Assembly (NCBI GenBank): GCA_000320545.1
Contig: ADNK01000421.1
Location: 68,044 to 132,043 of the forward strand
DNA: 64,000 nt
Source: Bigelowiella natans CCMP2755
Taxonomy: Eukaryota; Protista; Cercozoa
Direction: 5' to 3'
The notes beneath the pieces were generated by a model. That model had not been told where the DNA came from. It did not search any database and saw only the letters and a program-made list of their open reading frames with translations. This document shows positions 1-13,296 of the stretch, piece after piece (the stretch's first letter is position 1; the number at the start of each line of letters is the position of its first letter). The translations under genes and the position numbers were made by a program.

Positions 1-786
1 TCCTCCTCCTCCTCCTCCTTCTCCGACATTTGTGGTTGCTTCAATACAATTTCTACGTCTACATCACTCGAGCGGCCTTAATTGATGAGAACATCATTCA
101 TTAGTACAAACCAAGGAGTAGTAGTAGTAATAGTAAACGAAGAACCAATCTACTCACAGCTTTCTTACTTCACGATCATTACTATGTTGATAGTGCTTCT
201 TTTATAAAGAAGACCTAGTTCTAAGAGTTTTGCTCTACGATTGACCATGTCACAGCACGGTTTTCTCTCTCTCTTCTCTAATCCTTTTCAACGAATAATA
301 TTATAAATTTGGCCATCATCATCATCATCAACAACAACAACAACAGCTACTACTTTCTAACTACAAAGGCAAACATACACGCTAGTCCAAAGGATCTGGA
401 ACCAACGACACGACACGTCGCCGATGCCTTCCATAACGCCAACACCTCCTTGTTCAACTCCGTTAGGAAACTTCTTCGTCGCTCATTTGCGCTGGATATG
501 TAAATAAATTAAGCCGGCAAGGTTTGTGTGACGTGTTTCATGCATGAAAGTTCTAAGAAGGGTGACGAGAAACATGAATCCTCGATGATAAACTGAGAGG
601 AAGGAAGAAAACACGATGTCGCGAGACAAATTCCTAGGCGATTCACAATAAATCGTAGAATTTAAACTGAACCTCCCGTCTTGCAATTTAATGCAGGTTT
701 CGGGCTATAGAATGCGTACCATCGTCTAGTATTATCGACGACAAGAACCAGCAGTTTTAAATAATGGATGGTGGCGAACGTGTACA

Positions 787-818
<32 letters not shown>

Positions 819-1963
819 TTACTAACACTACTGTGTAAGCCACTACGGGATCCATCAACTCATCTTTCAACAATACAACCTTCTTTGAGCTAAATTCTCA
901 TTTCGGAGCCAGCTGAACGCTTGTGCTCGCAAAGAAGAAGAAGAAGAAGAAGAAGAAGAAGAAGAAGAGTGTGGAGGTGGCGGGGGTGTATTATTTCCCC
1001 CAACAGCAGCAGCGATAGTCGTACCAGCTTTATCCAGATTTTGCCGTTGCACCGCTGCTTTACCACCACCTGTCATCACCGCGACACTCTCTCTTCTACC
1101 ATCTCCTCCTCCTCCTCCTCCTCTCCCCCCCCCTCCCTTGATTGGTGGTTGAATATATGGTATCTTTCCTCCTTCAAGATGTCTGTTTCTTTTCCTGCTG
1201 CTGCTGCTGCTGCTTTGTCGTCGGTTTCTTTCACAGTAGTTGGAATAGCTGGTAGCTGCAGCAGCAGTATCATCATCATCATCATTCTCCTCCTCCTCCT
1301 TACCCTTTGACCATCTCAAGTCCTTCTTCTTGTTGTTATGACGCTTTTCATCCTCCCCTCCCCTAGATGATGTGATGTTCTTATCGTTACGCTTCTCCTC
1401 TGCTACCGCCAGTTTCCGTGTTCTCATATTCTTGCTATAATCGTTGTTATTGTGACTGTTATTGGCCGATTTTTCGATGATGTTAGTGGTAGAGATAGAG
1501 TGACTGCTGCTGTGTTGAGCTAATCTTTCTTTCCTCCCCCCTCTGTTATGGTACGATTGACCTTCTTGTCGGATTCGAGCACCACTACTACTACTGCTGT
1601 TCCCCTCAACACGACGTCGTGGATTAGAGGAGCAGGAGAAGGAGGAGGAGGGAGATTTCTTGCGTCTTCGTACACTGCTATCAAGTGCACGGTGCTGCTT
1701 TCGATAATGACGCCGATGGTGATGATTATGGTGAGCATTCCTCATACTGCTTCTAGACTTTCCCCCATCTCGATGATTGACATTACGGAGACCATCGTCC
1801 TCGTCGTCGTCATCGTTTCCTTCATCAGCTTCAGAAATCTCTCCATCCTCCTTTTCCATGATTTCGCCTTCCTCTCTCTCCTCCTCCTCTTCCTCTTCCT
1901 TCTCCTCCTTATTAACTTTATTATCTTCAGGCTTCCCGGCCTTGGTTCCACATGGTTTCCGCC

Positions 1964-1996
<33 letters not shown>

Positions 1997-3321
1997 ACTG
2001 GGACTGTTGTCCCTTTGAACCGTTAGAAGCAAAAGAAGAAGATGGAGTGCGACTACTACTACTACTAGTACTACTACTAGTAGTAGTGGTAGTAGTAGTA
2101 GTAGAGCTATTTGTCTTGTGTCTCTCCTGATAACGCCGGCGATTTCTACTGTTACTCTCAACTCCTCTATCATTGACGGTACTAATTGAGGAATGCTTGC
2201 TTCTGTGTGATGATGATGCTGAACGAGGCGGTGATCTGCTTCTATCCCCTCCCCTTTTCCTCCTCTTAGGCTGCTTCCATTGCGAAGATTGGTAGTTATT
2301 GTAGTCAGTCTTCATCATCTTCTCTGCCACCGTTGTGTTTACTGTTACATTTGCTCTCGCACGTGTGTTTGTACATGACGATGATGATGACGAGGATCGA
2401 GGAGCTTGAGAGTGATCATGTTGCTGCTGCTGCTGTTGTTGTTGTTGTTGTTGGTAAACTGTTGAATTATTGGAAGTTGCAGCTGGAACATCTCTTACTG
2501 AGGCGATTCGAAGCAGTAGCTCCTGCTCCTAATTTCGAAATTTACACAAATATCATAATCGGTTATTCTGTTTATGGATACTACTCCGAGGTCCAACAAA
2601 CCATCACTACCACCACCACCACCACCAAGAACAACAGTAACAACAACAACAACAACAACAACAACCTTGTGATTTGGCTTTCCTCGTCTCCATCCAATGA
2701 ACTCAATCTATTGACAGCAACACCATGTAGCGTTAATGCGTCGCACGATCAATTAAAGATTCAAGCGCTGGTGAATAGATTTACTACTACTCCTTGATGC
2801 TACTACTAGACTCATGATGATATTGCTCCTGTAACACTTTTCTGTCCCAGGCAAAACTATCAATACTCAATATTTCTCTCCTGCTAATCTCTTAATTCAT
2901 GAGAAGAAATGTCACGTCGTACGTCGTCTCTGCGGTATCGCTTGAACCCTCTTAAGCCTGATCTGGTTGCATCACCACCAGTAATACTGGCGGCTGCTGC
3001 TTTAACGCGCTCTTTCTCTTTTTCTATCGCATCACTGGACATTATATTCAAGACATAATAATAATAATAAATCGGAACCACAGAGATTGAACGGGACGCA
3101 GCCTCCATGAATAATAACCAGGAATTACCTTCGAGCTTGCATGGCTCTTCTACAATCGGATGCACTTCGAAAGATTACATTGCAACAGTTGGGATTCAGC
3201 CATTCAACTCGACGAGGGAAGGGAACTAAATCACCACACAAATAGATGATAATGATAATTAGAAGAAGAAGGGAAAGGAACTAAATCACCGCACAAATAA
3301 ATAAAAATGATTACAAGGAGG

Positions 3322-3356
<35 letters not shown>

Positions 3357-3968
3357 AAATAGTAGGGATGACGAAAATAACAGTAATGGAATCTTGATTA
3401 AAAACTCATTGGTGTTTTTTTCATCCTTCCATCGTGGAAATTGCAAAATTCGTCGTCGTTTGTAGTTTAGATATCTGTTATCCATACTACCTTCTCTTCC
3501 AGAGAAATACGACCTAACATCTGCTGTTGACATATCATCGACTCCCCTACACAAATATGTAGACTTAAAATCTAATAGCAGATGGTTAGGAATCGTCTCG
3601 ATGGGAAGATTGAAAACCTCATATGGCAAGTGTCGTAGATTCGGTCCGATGACAATTCCACAGAAGGCAGCACATAAAGAGCCTGAGTGTTATCGAAAAA
3701 GCAACCCAAGACGGACACTTTACTACTAATTGAACGACGAGTTTTTATGTTCTGCACGGTGAAGGTGTTGTGAAAAATAACCTGTTTCATCGGGCCAAAG
3801 CACTTGAGAATAGCATCTCTTTTCTGGCAGCGTCTCCTCCTTTTCTGGCAGCACGTGTTCTTCTTCTTTGGAATGCTACCACTCTCCCCATGAATTCCTG
3901 CAGAAATTTGCAATCGTTCTATTATTTTCAACTTCGTAGAAGAATCTAGGGAAACTCCAAAACCATAA

Positions 3969-4004
<36 letters not shown>

Positions 4005-4274
4005 GTTTCTTATCACACCTTTCGCTTCGGGTGTTTTCTTCTCCAAGACTAGCTCATGGTGTAGATCTGCGTTCGTCACGTTGTATTTGGTAAAGCCGAT
4101 GGGTTCCTGAAGCTGTTTTTGTATTCCATATTGATGGTTTTGTCGAATATGAAGACTTTGAATGATGTTCTTATTTCCACTCTGTCCTCCCGTACACACC
4201 GCTCCCTCAATATACTGGTTCTTTTGAGGGGGATGGTAAAGGTGGAATGGGTTCGGTAGGAAGACACGCTTCAT
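1..4274 (-). CDS. Multi-exon gene running off the window edge: NCBP3-like cap-binding domain, long low-complexity R/S/H-rich linker, then a pol-beta-type nucleotidyltransferase (TUTase/non-canonical PAP) domain
   Basis: Spliced translation gives DTCHMRGVDDMSTADVRSYF..PRRVEWLNPNCCNVIF..LLLRIASVRD, matching the NCBP3 motif series. The exon at about 2530-880 includes ORF 867..2330. Phase-compatible GT-AG joins 880/491 and 379/76 give RRSFLTELNKEVLALWKASATCRVVGSRSFGLACRSSDVDVEIV (GSxxxGLxxxxSDxD motif). Confidence 0.7.
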
Positions 4275-5515
4275 GCCATTGCTTTGTCTGGATGCAATCG
4301 ATAGTTAATTCATTCGATGCGAGTGGAGGGAATGTTCAACTCGTGGCAAGATGAATACTCCCACACGCAGCTTCCGACATCACGGAAGTACGACATCAAG
4401 ATGTATTGTCGCAGAATAGAAATTAATTACATTCTGAATATGTAATAATTACAGTGGTTCCGTCACAAGAGACAGATTACATCTTTATTTATAGATCTAC
4501 TTTTCTCGGCTGCCACTGATGAACTCCAGAAACGTAGCTCCAGAATTGAAAAAAATAGAGCTTTTTGAGCGACACAAAAAGGAATGTGACGCATGTGAAT
4601 GAAGGACTCACATTTATTTATTACATCCTTTCCCGAACAGTAGCCGCAAAATAAATTTCTTTAAATCCATGAGTCGTACCATTTGGTATTTTCACCACAA
4701 AGTCCTTCGTATTGTTCGACACAAACATTTTTCTTCGTCGCAGCATATTAAGAATATTTGCATCATAAAATATTTTATGATCATGAAAAAATAGGGGTAA
4801 AATGGGAACATAAATATTCTGGGCAGTCATTGCACATCTTATATATGCAATAATTGGCAAAAATATTCTTCCAAATAGAGCTAGAAAAATCTAGAATTTG
4901 AGCGATGCCTTTGTGGTTTCGCATCCTTCGTTTTCATTTTCATTAAAAATACAGGCTAATTTCATGTAGCCTTCTTTCCATGCTGCTGAGAAAAAGGTCG
5001 AATCCCGCAGCAAGATGGTTCCGCAGTAAATACTGCTACGCTTGTATCCACATACGTGGGAATCTTTCTCCGAGTGGGGAAAAAAAACCGAACATTGGAA
5101 GATACAAACAAAAATAATTATTTTATAAATGAAATATAATAATAACTTTTTTTGGCAAAATTGTGAAAAAATAATTGAAAAATGGCATTAATATTTGTCA
5201 AGAGGATCATGAATGTTTGGAAATATAAGATTAAATTATAACGAAGGAGGCCTACGTTTCTCATTGATGAGACAAATCGAGTAGCCTATATAAGATCTTA
5301 GAGAAAGTTCTTAAGATCGACATATTTCCCAAGAATATGAAAATTTCGATAAAACTCTACAATTTCTGCTATAAATGATCTCACCAAAGTATTTTCCTCT
5401 TGGTTATTTCACTATTGACAGTGTAATTAACGTTTGTCTTTGTCTTAAAAGCTGGAGAGGGCTTTGCCTCCCCTTCTGCCCTTCTAACCACCTTGAACAC
5501 CGCCAACCGGGAAGG

Positions 5516-7444
5516 ATGCAGACGACGGCCGGAAAAGAGAGGGAAAGTTGCAGGGAAGTTGATACAGAGCTATCAATAGTGATTTTGCCGCGGCCCAAGG
5601 TTGCTCGCTTTACATTAATAACGTTTTTTTACCTTCTCATGGTTCATTCCGTATGTTTCGCTTTGGATGTAAGATGAATGTGAATTATGTTTTTGCCCAC
5701 AATTGCATTCAGTGTTGACACGAACTTTCATATATTCAGAAATGCGCCCAGAGAACCCGAGCTAGAGAGCTCCAGCGAGTTCCCACCCCTAGGATTCGGA
5801 GGCGCAAGTTTGAAGCCTCTCTTTCATCCCCCGCGACTCCCCCTCATCACAAACGGGCTCGACACAAACTCAATTGTAAAGATGGTCATTCACCCTCGTT
5901 AGATTGCGATACTTCCACGCAAAGCGATGACAGTGGATGTGACATTCACGAAGATAGAAAAGAGTGTCTCAATTGCCTTTCTATGTATTCACCCCGGGGA
6001 GAAGAAAGCGTTGAGGCTCCAGTCCGCCTTTTAACGAAGCTCTTTGAAGGTCCTACAATTGGGCGTGGAAATACACTGCTATCGGCCGTTATGCAATTTC
6101 TTACATGCACTGATCTTGCACGTCTGTCAACAACTTCAAAGATTTTTTACACGGACCCGATGGTATGGAAAACATGTTGCATTCAATTAAGACTACTCGC
6201 ACCTGATTACAAGCCGGAGACTATCTCATATCAAAATGAAGGATCACCCAGGCTAGATTCCCCCTTCTTCCCTGAGCCCATCATTTTATCGAATGATGAA
6301 AAGCAGAGTACTCTTGAGTCACCGAGTCGCAAGATAAGGGAGGCAGCATACTACCGCAGAGCCGCGAGCCTTCGGTCGAGAGAATTGGCATTTGTTCCAC
6401 CAGGCCGTGGAAATCTCGCATGGCTGGAGAAAAATCCCTGCTTGCGAAGTCGTTTCTTCCCCATTTTAGTGAACTGGCTGGTCGATTTGCATCTAGAAAT
6501 ATTTCGGCTTCATGCATCTCAACGGCGAACTGCACTCGCTCCCGTGCACACAGCTGTCAAATATCTCTACATTTTTCTTTCAAGAGTTGGAGGATGCCAG
6601 AGCCAAGGATTACAAAGGTAACCGAAACGTCACCATTTGATAGTGGTTACTGAACTAATACACATTTTATTTCTTAGGGTTGGGGTTGCTTGTTATGCCC
6701 TTGCTGTTCGCCGCGCATTCTCCGAATCCATATTGCGCAGAATTGAAGTTGATGATGAGAAATTTGCTTACTTCACTGACAACGCTTACACACCACAAGA
6801 AATTCAACAAACTACTGCTGATGTAGCCAAAGCCATCCCAGATACTCCACACTTCCCCCCTCCAACCACATTAGAAGCTTTAGAAGCTTTACTGCGACCC
6901 TCCTTGATGGAGCTCGAGAAAAAGGCTCAAGGAATAGGCCAAGGAGTCTATGATAATCTCCCGAAGATTTCCATGGCATCCAATGAGCTCATTGTCGCCC
7001 ATGCCTACTACATGGTATTTAATCCTAAAATCATATTCCCGCCGCGTCCTCTTCTGATTTGTATGTCTTTTTCAGGTTGACCTCTCAATCCACGAAGACA
7101 ATTTTGCGCGAGAACTTCCATCTTGCCTGGCTGCGGCGTCTTTATTAGCTGCTCATGAAATAGTGACAGGGGAGACCACACCTCCTGATGATGATGCACG
7201 AAAATTAGCGGCAGCTTGTTGCTCGAAAGTCACAGCCCTAACTTGTCTGGCGAAAAATTTGCGAAGGCTGTTTGAAAGGGCACGAAGACGTGAAACTAGA
7301 CAAACCCCTCCACATAGATCTGTAACCGCTTCACACTACTGGACTGTTATCGATCGTTATCGACGGCGACTTCTATCTATTGCAACGGGAACGTCACCGC
7401 CATTGACTTCTGGAAGAAGAGGTCTGGGGAGAATTCGGTGGTGA
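5516..7444 (+). CDS. Cyclin with an N-terminal F-box-like motif; exons 5516-5599, 5740-6617, 6678-7014, 7076-7444
   Basis: Cyclin box ILVNWLVDLH..VHTAVKYLYIFLS..LQRVGVACYALA..YFTDNAYT and C-terminal fold YYMVDLSI..PSCLAAASL. F-box-like LSAVMQFLTCTDLARLSTTSKIF. All introns are GT-AG and in frame. Confidence 0.85.
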
Positions 7445-7779
7445 AATAATTGAAATAGTGCCTATTGTCTAAGGATTAAGTAGGCGGAATAATGGGATAT
7501 TATCGAAACCTTGTTACAGGAACCTCATTACAGGAGTGCAGTCGTGCGAAACAAACCATTAATTAAGTACATGAGCATGACCCACCCCCCCCCCCTCGGA
7601 GGGTAAGCATGCTACCCCTAAAACCACCAAATTAAATTGCATTGTTAAGGTCGCATCTGACTGAAATATAGCAGACAATACAAATGTGACAACTTGATGT
7701 AAAACTACTAAAGAGAAGTAGATCACCGTTATTTTTATTAATGTATTATTTTCCGAAGTATGCGAAGATGATGTACGAA

Positions 7780-8460
7780 ACACACCTAGATACGTATCGT
7801 AGCTCGGTAGTATTGAGTGTGAAATATCGTATACGCACGCATGACTCTAGAACTCATCACTGTGCATGCGATACTGACTAGTAGCTGACATCTCATGCAC
7901 TCGTCTGGACGCTGGCGTACCAGCATCAGCTTTAGGGCTATACTAGCTATATATGGAGCTATGGAGAAGGCTTGCAGCAGGCTAGCAGGGCATGATCTCG
8001 CCAATCTCATGTGTATAACTAGATCAAGACGGATGCATCACATGATGAAAGAAACGAATTTGGTCAATGGTCACCCAATCTAGCACTAGCTCTAGTAGCT
8101 AGCTAGAGCAATCTAGCAATTCATTGTGTAGCAATGCAAATTGCATGCACACTACACTACATGTAGCTAGATAGCAGGCTAGCTTCTAGCTGGCGTGCAA
8201 GGTATAGCAAAGCAAGCTAATGCGATCGATCGAATATCAGTCTATATCAGCAGGTTCATTGCCTCTAGCTATCACATTACATTCGGTACGTCTGAATGTG
8301 TATCTAGATGTACAAAGAGCTAGAGAGCCTGACATTGATCCTCTATCTGCTGGTGATCCCTGCTAGCCTGCCCCTAGCTTCGCTCGGTCTAGCTAGCTAA
8401 CAATCATTGTTATGACTATCATGCATAGCTACTAGATAGTGTATTTCTACTTTTATCTGC
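7780..8460. repeat. CTAG-rich altered island in a convergent spacer; contains a mutated LINE 3' end at about 8025-8146 (-)
   Basis: Dense CTAG/GCTAGC/ATGCAT. 8025-8084 aligns to LINE ends at 15775 and 48790-48865 (AGACGGATG..TCAATGGTCA.CC.AAT.TAGC). Confidence 0.8.
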
Positions 8461-8488
8461 TTCGGTTTCCCATCTTCTAGTCTTATAG

Positions 8489-9013
8489 CTAGTTAACTTT
8501 CACTTTCGCAACCACTGCATGTGAAGATCGAGGTATATTGACGAGCAGGGTCACAACAATTGCAACCAACGCTAAGGCCCAATCTGCAGCATTTCCCAAA
8601 CTTTCTAAATTTTCACGAAACAAATGCTCAAAATGATACTGTGGAGATATGTCCACACGAGAGGAGTGCGCAACGCCTTGAACCTCCTCTGTGAAAACAA
8701 GAATGACATCCAAGAAATCACGAGCTGTATCATACAGAAGCACTGCCCTTTCCAGCGCTTCGATCCAGCTGGACTTTGCCAGTTTATTTGAAATCGAATT
8801 TAAATTCTGATACAAGGCCTTGTAGTGTGACGAGATTGCTTCAATGTTTGTTGTCCCTGTCCCTACTGTCTTGTGCTTTGGCGAAGAATGGAGAATCTCA
8901 ACCCGGAGGGGGGATTCGGAGATAGAAGATAGATATTTTATTGCCTTGTTTGCAGTCTGAACAAGTATCGTTCACATCGTAGACAACACAAATTACAGTC
9001 AAATATATATATG

Positions 9014-9051
<38 letters not shown>

Positions 9052-11681
9052 TGTGTTTGGTGATATACATGAGATCGACATGTCTGCCCACCTTTAGTGC
9101 GGCCGTAGTAATTGAAAGAGCGTGGAAGCGATTTATTGTATCCTTGAACATCTTTCAGAACAGCAACCAAAGATCTTGAGATATATGTTGAGCTAATCAC
9201 TAGACGAGAGCATATATATTTATCATGGTGTGTGTATGTGTATATGTATATGTATAAATGTGTGTGTTCACCGAGGAGATTTCAACATGAACGTTGTTGT
9301 TGTTGCTGTTTCTGCAGCAGTTGGAGTTGAGCGGATTCGCGCAAATTGCCCAGGAGGGAGGGGACTCGCTCAAAGATGAGAACGCGCTTGAAGATGAAGA
9401 GTCTCTTCTATTTACATTCGATTGTCCTTTGCCATCATCATCATCATCGTCGTCGTTGTTGTCCTTATGTGATAAACGACCGAGATGTGGCCCGCTTGAG
9501 CCAGAAGTCAAAATCATTATCTGGAAGTAATAATAGAGGATTGGTTGAGGATGCTGATGATGTGTCGGGAAAAGCAGTGAGTGGCAAATAGCAGGTAATA
9601 ATAATACATCTGTGAGGATTGAATTCATCGGATCTAAAGCTGCTCCTTGCAATGAACCATCTTGCTGCTGCAAAGTGAAGAAAGAAGAAAAAGAAGAAGA
9701 AGAAGAAGAAGAAGAAGAAGAAGATAGAGAGATCAAATCATCTTCATCTTAACCAGAACATCGAAACTAAGCTGGACAATCATTATCATCATCATCATCG
9801 TTATTCTCTATCCAAAGTCAAAATAATACCTTATTTTGAACGGCAACTACCATCGATCCTACCACACGGCTCAGGTGCTGCCTGTGGTAACATATCGCTA
9901 GTCATCATAAGTATCAGCACCCATCTAATATATATATCTAAATCATATATATTTATATCATGTAGCACTAGTACCCATCAACGAGAATAGGCGTATCTGT
10001 GCCAACAGATACAACAAAGACAGGAATGCTTTGTGACGTTTGTCGCAGTTTGCTATTTTGGTTCGAAACGTCATCGTCGTGATCGTCCCAACGGTCTTCG
10101 ATAATGGCGAAATGATCGTGAATCACGTGCTCATGAAAGGAGGACTGAGGGGCACAGACGAAATACAAGAAAAAACGCACAAACGACACACCACCAAACC
10201 AGCTTCTCAATCAATTGACCGCTGGAAATGATAAATATTTTCTTCTTCTGCGATTGTATCTCACAGAGCACAAAATGTTTGAAGTAATATTTGAAAGTTT
10301 CGAAAAAGAAATCCGCCTGGGAATGAGATATTAAATGACTTTAAAGACACACTCTTTCAACGCTGGTGCTGCTTTTGGTTTTCGAATGAAAAGTCCAAGA
10401 AAAGATAGTTATTCTTGAAACTTAGTTTCTGTACTACAGAATCGAGCGTGTAGATGTGCTGGGCGAAAATATCTTGATGATGTTCCCGATGGTGCCTCCC
10501 TTCTTTTTCTGCTTCAATTTCCTTCTTTTTGGCGTCGGTTTGCCGTCATTATATACACAGAAAAGAGAAATAAAGCATATTTAGTTTGATTCATCTAATT
10601 CATACGAGACCAAGCTCCTCCTCCTCCACCTCCTTCTCTTCCTCCTCCCCCTCCTTTCCTAGCATGCATCTAATTATGCACCTGCTGGGCAGAAGAAACC
10701 GCGGTAGCAGCAGCAGCAGCAGTAGCAGTAGTAAGTGTTTTCAAGGACTGGGAAAAGGCGGTTGCGAGCTCCAGATCATCCTGGTTGTTACGTCATCACA
10801 CAACGTCTTCAAACTCAACAACGCATATCAGAGCAATCGATGGAAAGAGGCTTTCAGCTTGCACACATAAACTGAGGGATAAATCTGCACATGCATGATT
10901 GTGGAGACGAATCCATCGCCATGGAGGAGTAGAGTTCAGATCAGCCTTTTTAGGGTGTGAAAAAGGCGCATGATTCCGTTGGTCAGTCACACACCTGAAT
11001 GAATATGTGGTGCGGGCTAATCGACAGCTCCTGCCCGACAGCTTGAAACTCCATCAAGAACCGTCTAGCACGAAAACAGTCGTCGTAGGTGTATAAATAA
11101 CTCGTTTAAAGCTTATCGAATTGACACGTAGATGAAACTGAAGGGAAAACCAAAAAGTAACTTCGGCGATCCTGCTAAGAAATTCGTCGGTGTTCATGAA
11201 AATGGCAGCTCAAACTGAGATATCTTGTTTTGATATTAGGTATAGTTGCCACCCCCACAATCAATGCAATTGGAATGGCGACTGTTGGGTAGTAGTGGTG
11301 GTCAGTGGTAGTATATAGCACCTGAAATAGTCCATGGTAGTTTTATCGAATGGTTTGTAGCTGATGCAATTAGGTATTATTATTGACACCCACAATTATA
11401 CATTGTATAAGAAGCAGAAACAAAAGAAGAAGAAGAAGAAGAAGAAGAAGAAGAAGAAGATTCTCCAACTATTAACTGAAATTTCAATCGCACTGCAGCA
11501 ATACCTGGAATGCGTGGTCAGCACATACAATTCAATCGTGATCTTCTCGGAGAATCGTAGTGCTACCGGTGCCGTAGGAGGGATAATTACCCTATATACT
11601 GCGTCCGCAATCCGATATGCAAGGGAGTTTGCAAGCTTGTTCGCATCAGTGACAGAATTGCTACTGTGGGTTCTGTAGGGT

Positions 11682-11718
<37 letters not shown>

Positions 11719-11775
11719 TTTTCGCGATTTCAAGCTTCTCCAGAATACTTGTGTACCTTTCGCATTTAGCCTACG

Positions 11776-11813
<38 letters not shown>

Positions 11814-11933
11814 GTGGGTCTCACTCAATCCAAATATGATCTGAATATATACGATTATCTGTTTCTTTGGTCGTTTTGACCTGTCTTTCTGTAGCTGAAA
11901 GCTGGCGCTCCGAACCCTTCATTGGTAGTTTCC

Positions 11934-11967
<34 letters not shown>

Positions 11968-13296
11968 TGTACAAAGCTTTTTGTGCAGCTCCAGAGTGAT
12001 GCGTTCTTCCTCCTCATTTGGCGACTCATATTCTTCAATAACGGAGTCGGAAGCGAAAAGGTGGTTAAGGTTGTAAGACGACGACGCTCTTGACGAAGAC
12101 GATGGAGATGTTCCAGCTGTAAAGCCAGAGAATCAAAGTCGGATAGAGCAGAATTAACATATGATTTACGAACAAAGTTGCTAATATGTGAATCCGCCGA
12201 AGAAACTGTGGAAAATGCCTATCATATTTTCGTGGCCAACAACAGGAAATTTATGATCGATGTTGGATGTGTGTATAATTGTCCTATCATTGCTATTATT
12301 ATTATCATCATCAAATATATGCATTTGGACTATCACCAACCAGCAGCTCTGATGTCGAAAAAAATTAAATCCGGGCCTGATATCCCACCCTCACTCGCGC
12401 ATAAACAATCAGCCTGAAGGATACGTGTATTTGCGTACCTCTTATGCATACGTGTGTGTGTGTGTGTGTGTGCGTGATTTCTATCGAATGGACATGATGC
12501 GAAACTTCCTGACCTTGGTCGTTGTCGTCGTGTCTGCTACGTATCCATATTCTGCAGTACTGGGTAGAACCATGGCCCGAGGGTTGGGGTTCAGAATAAA
12601 TATGTTGAAGACTTGCAGCTGCTGCTTATTATGGTCAATGTCCGCATGCCAAGCTACTATTTTCCGTAGATATTTGATTACAGGGCCCGAATCAATTAGC
12701 GTTTTCTGTTGTTCAATGTTCGTAGAGCCCGCTTTTCGTGTGATGACGGATCCCTTCAAAACAGTATACAATCCCGCTAACTCATCACTTCGCGTGCTGT
12801 CTATTACAGACACATCTAATGTGTAGGAAGGGTTTTCCACGCTATTTGACGTTGAGAAAGTCCCTCTGCTCTGAGACTTAGAGAAATGAGACAAGTAGGG
12901 TATATCCACCACCCTTCTCGCAACTTCTCCATACGGACTACTCGATTGTTGAACTCGCTGAGGCAGAATTTGTTGCAGGCTTTGACGGAGAGAAGATATC
13001 ACCCCAGAGGTGTTTAAATCCTTCTCCGAAATGCCAAGTGGGAACACGCGAACGCGGATTGGAACGTCCACACTGCTAAAGCTCTTTATATCGAGCAGTT
13101 GTGCGAGCGATCTTGCACCCTGTGTAAGTATTATTCAGCTCGTGTGCGATGGAATATAAAACGAGATTCCTTCCATAACAACCGAATAACGTATTACCAC
13201 ACTGTTTGTTTCGCTCTTGTAGCACTTGACCTCGGAAATCCAGAGCACGTTGATGGCAAGAAGTAGGGAACACCGATGAATCAGCTTATTTATCAT
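8489..13296 (-). CDS. Multi-exon secretory/membrane protein resembling the At3g28720/At5g58100 uncharacterised family
   Basis: Signal peptide MINKLIHRCSLLLAINVLWISEVKC. Exons include VDVPIRVRVF, LIFFDIRAA, IPVFVVSVGTDTPILVDG-QHLSRVVGSMVVAVQN and SWAICANP. C-terminal transmembrane WALALVAIVVTLLV. The family call is from remembered motif similarity. Confidence 0.6.

Noticed and set aside
160-216. Possible exon GLLYKRSTINIVMIV resembling a catalytically dead SDxD motif
   Set aside because: The join 379 to 76 gives a correctly spaced, intact SDVD, so this segment is probably intronic.
921-2797. Plus-strand homopolymer-rich ORFs here and similar ones elsewhere
   Set aside because: Translations of microsatellites or antisense to real exons.
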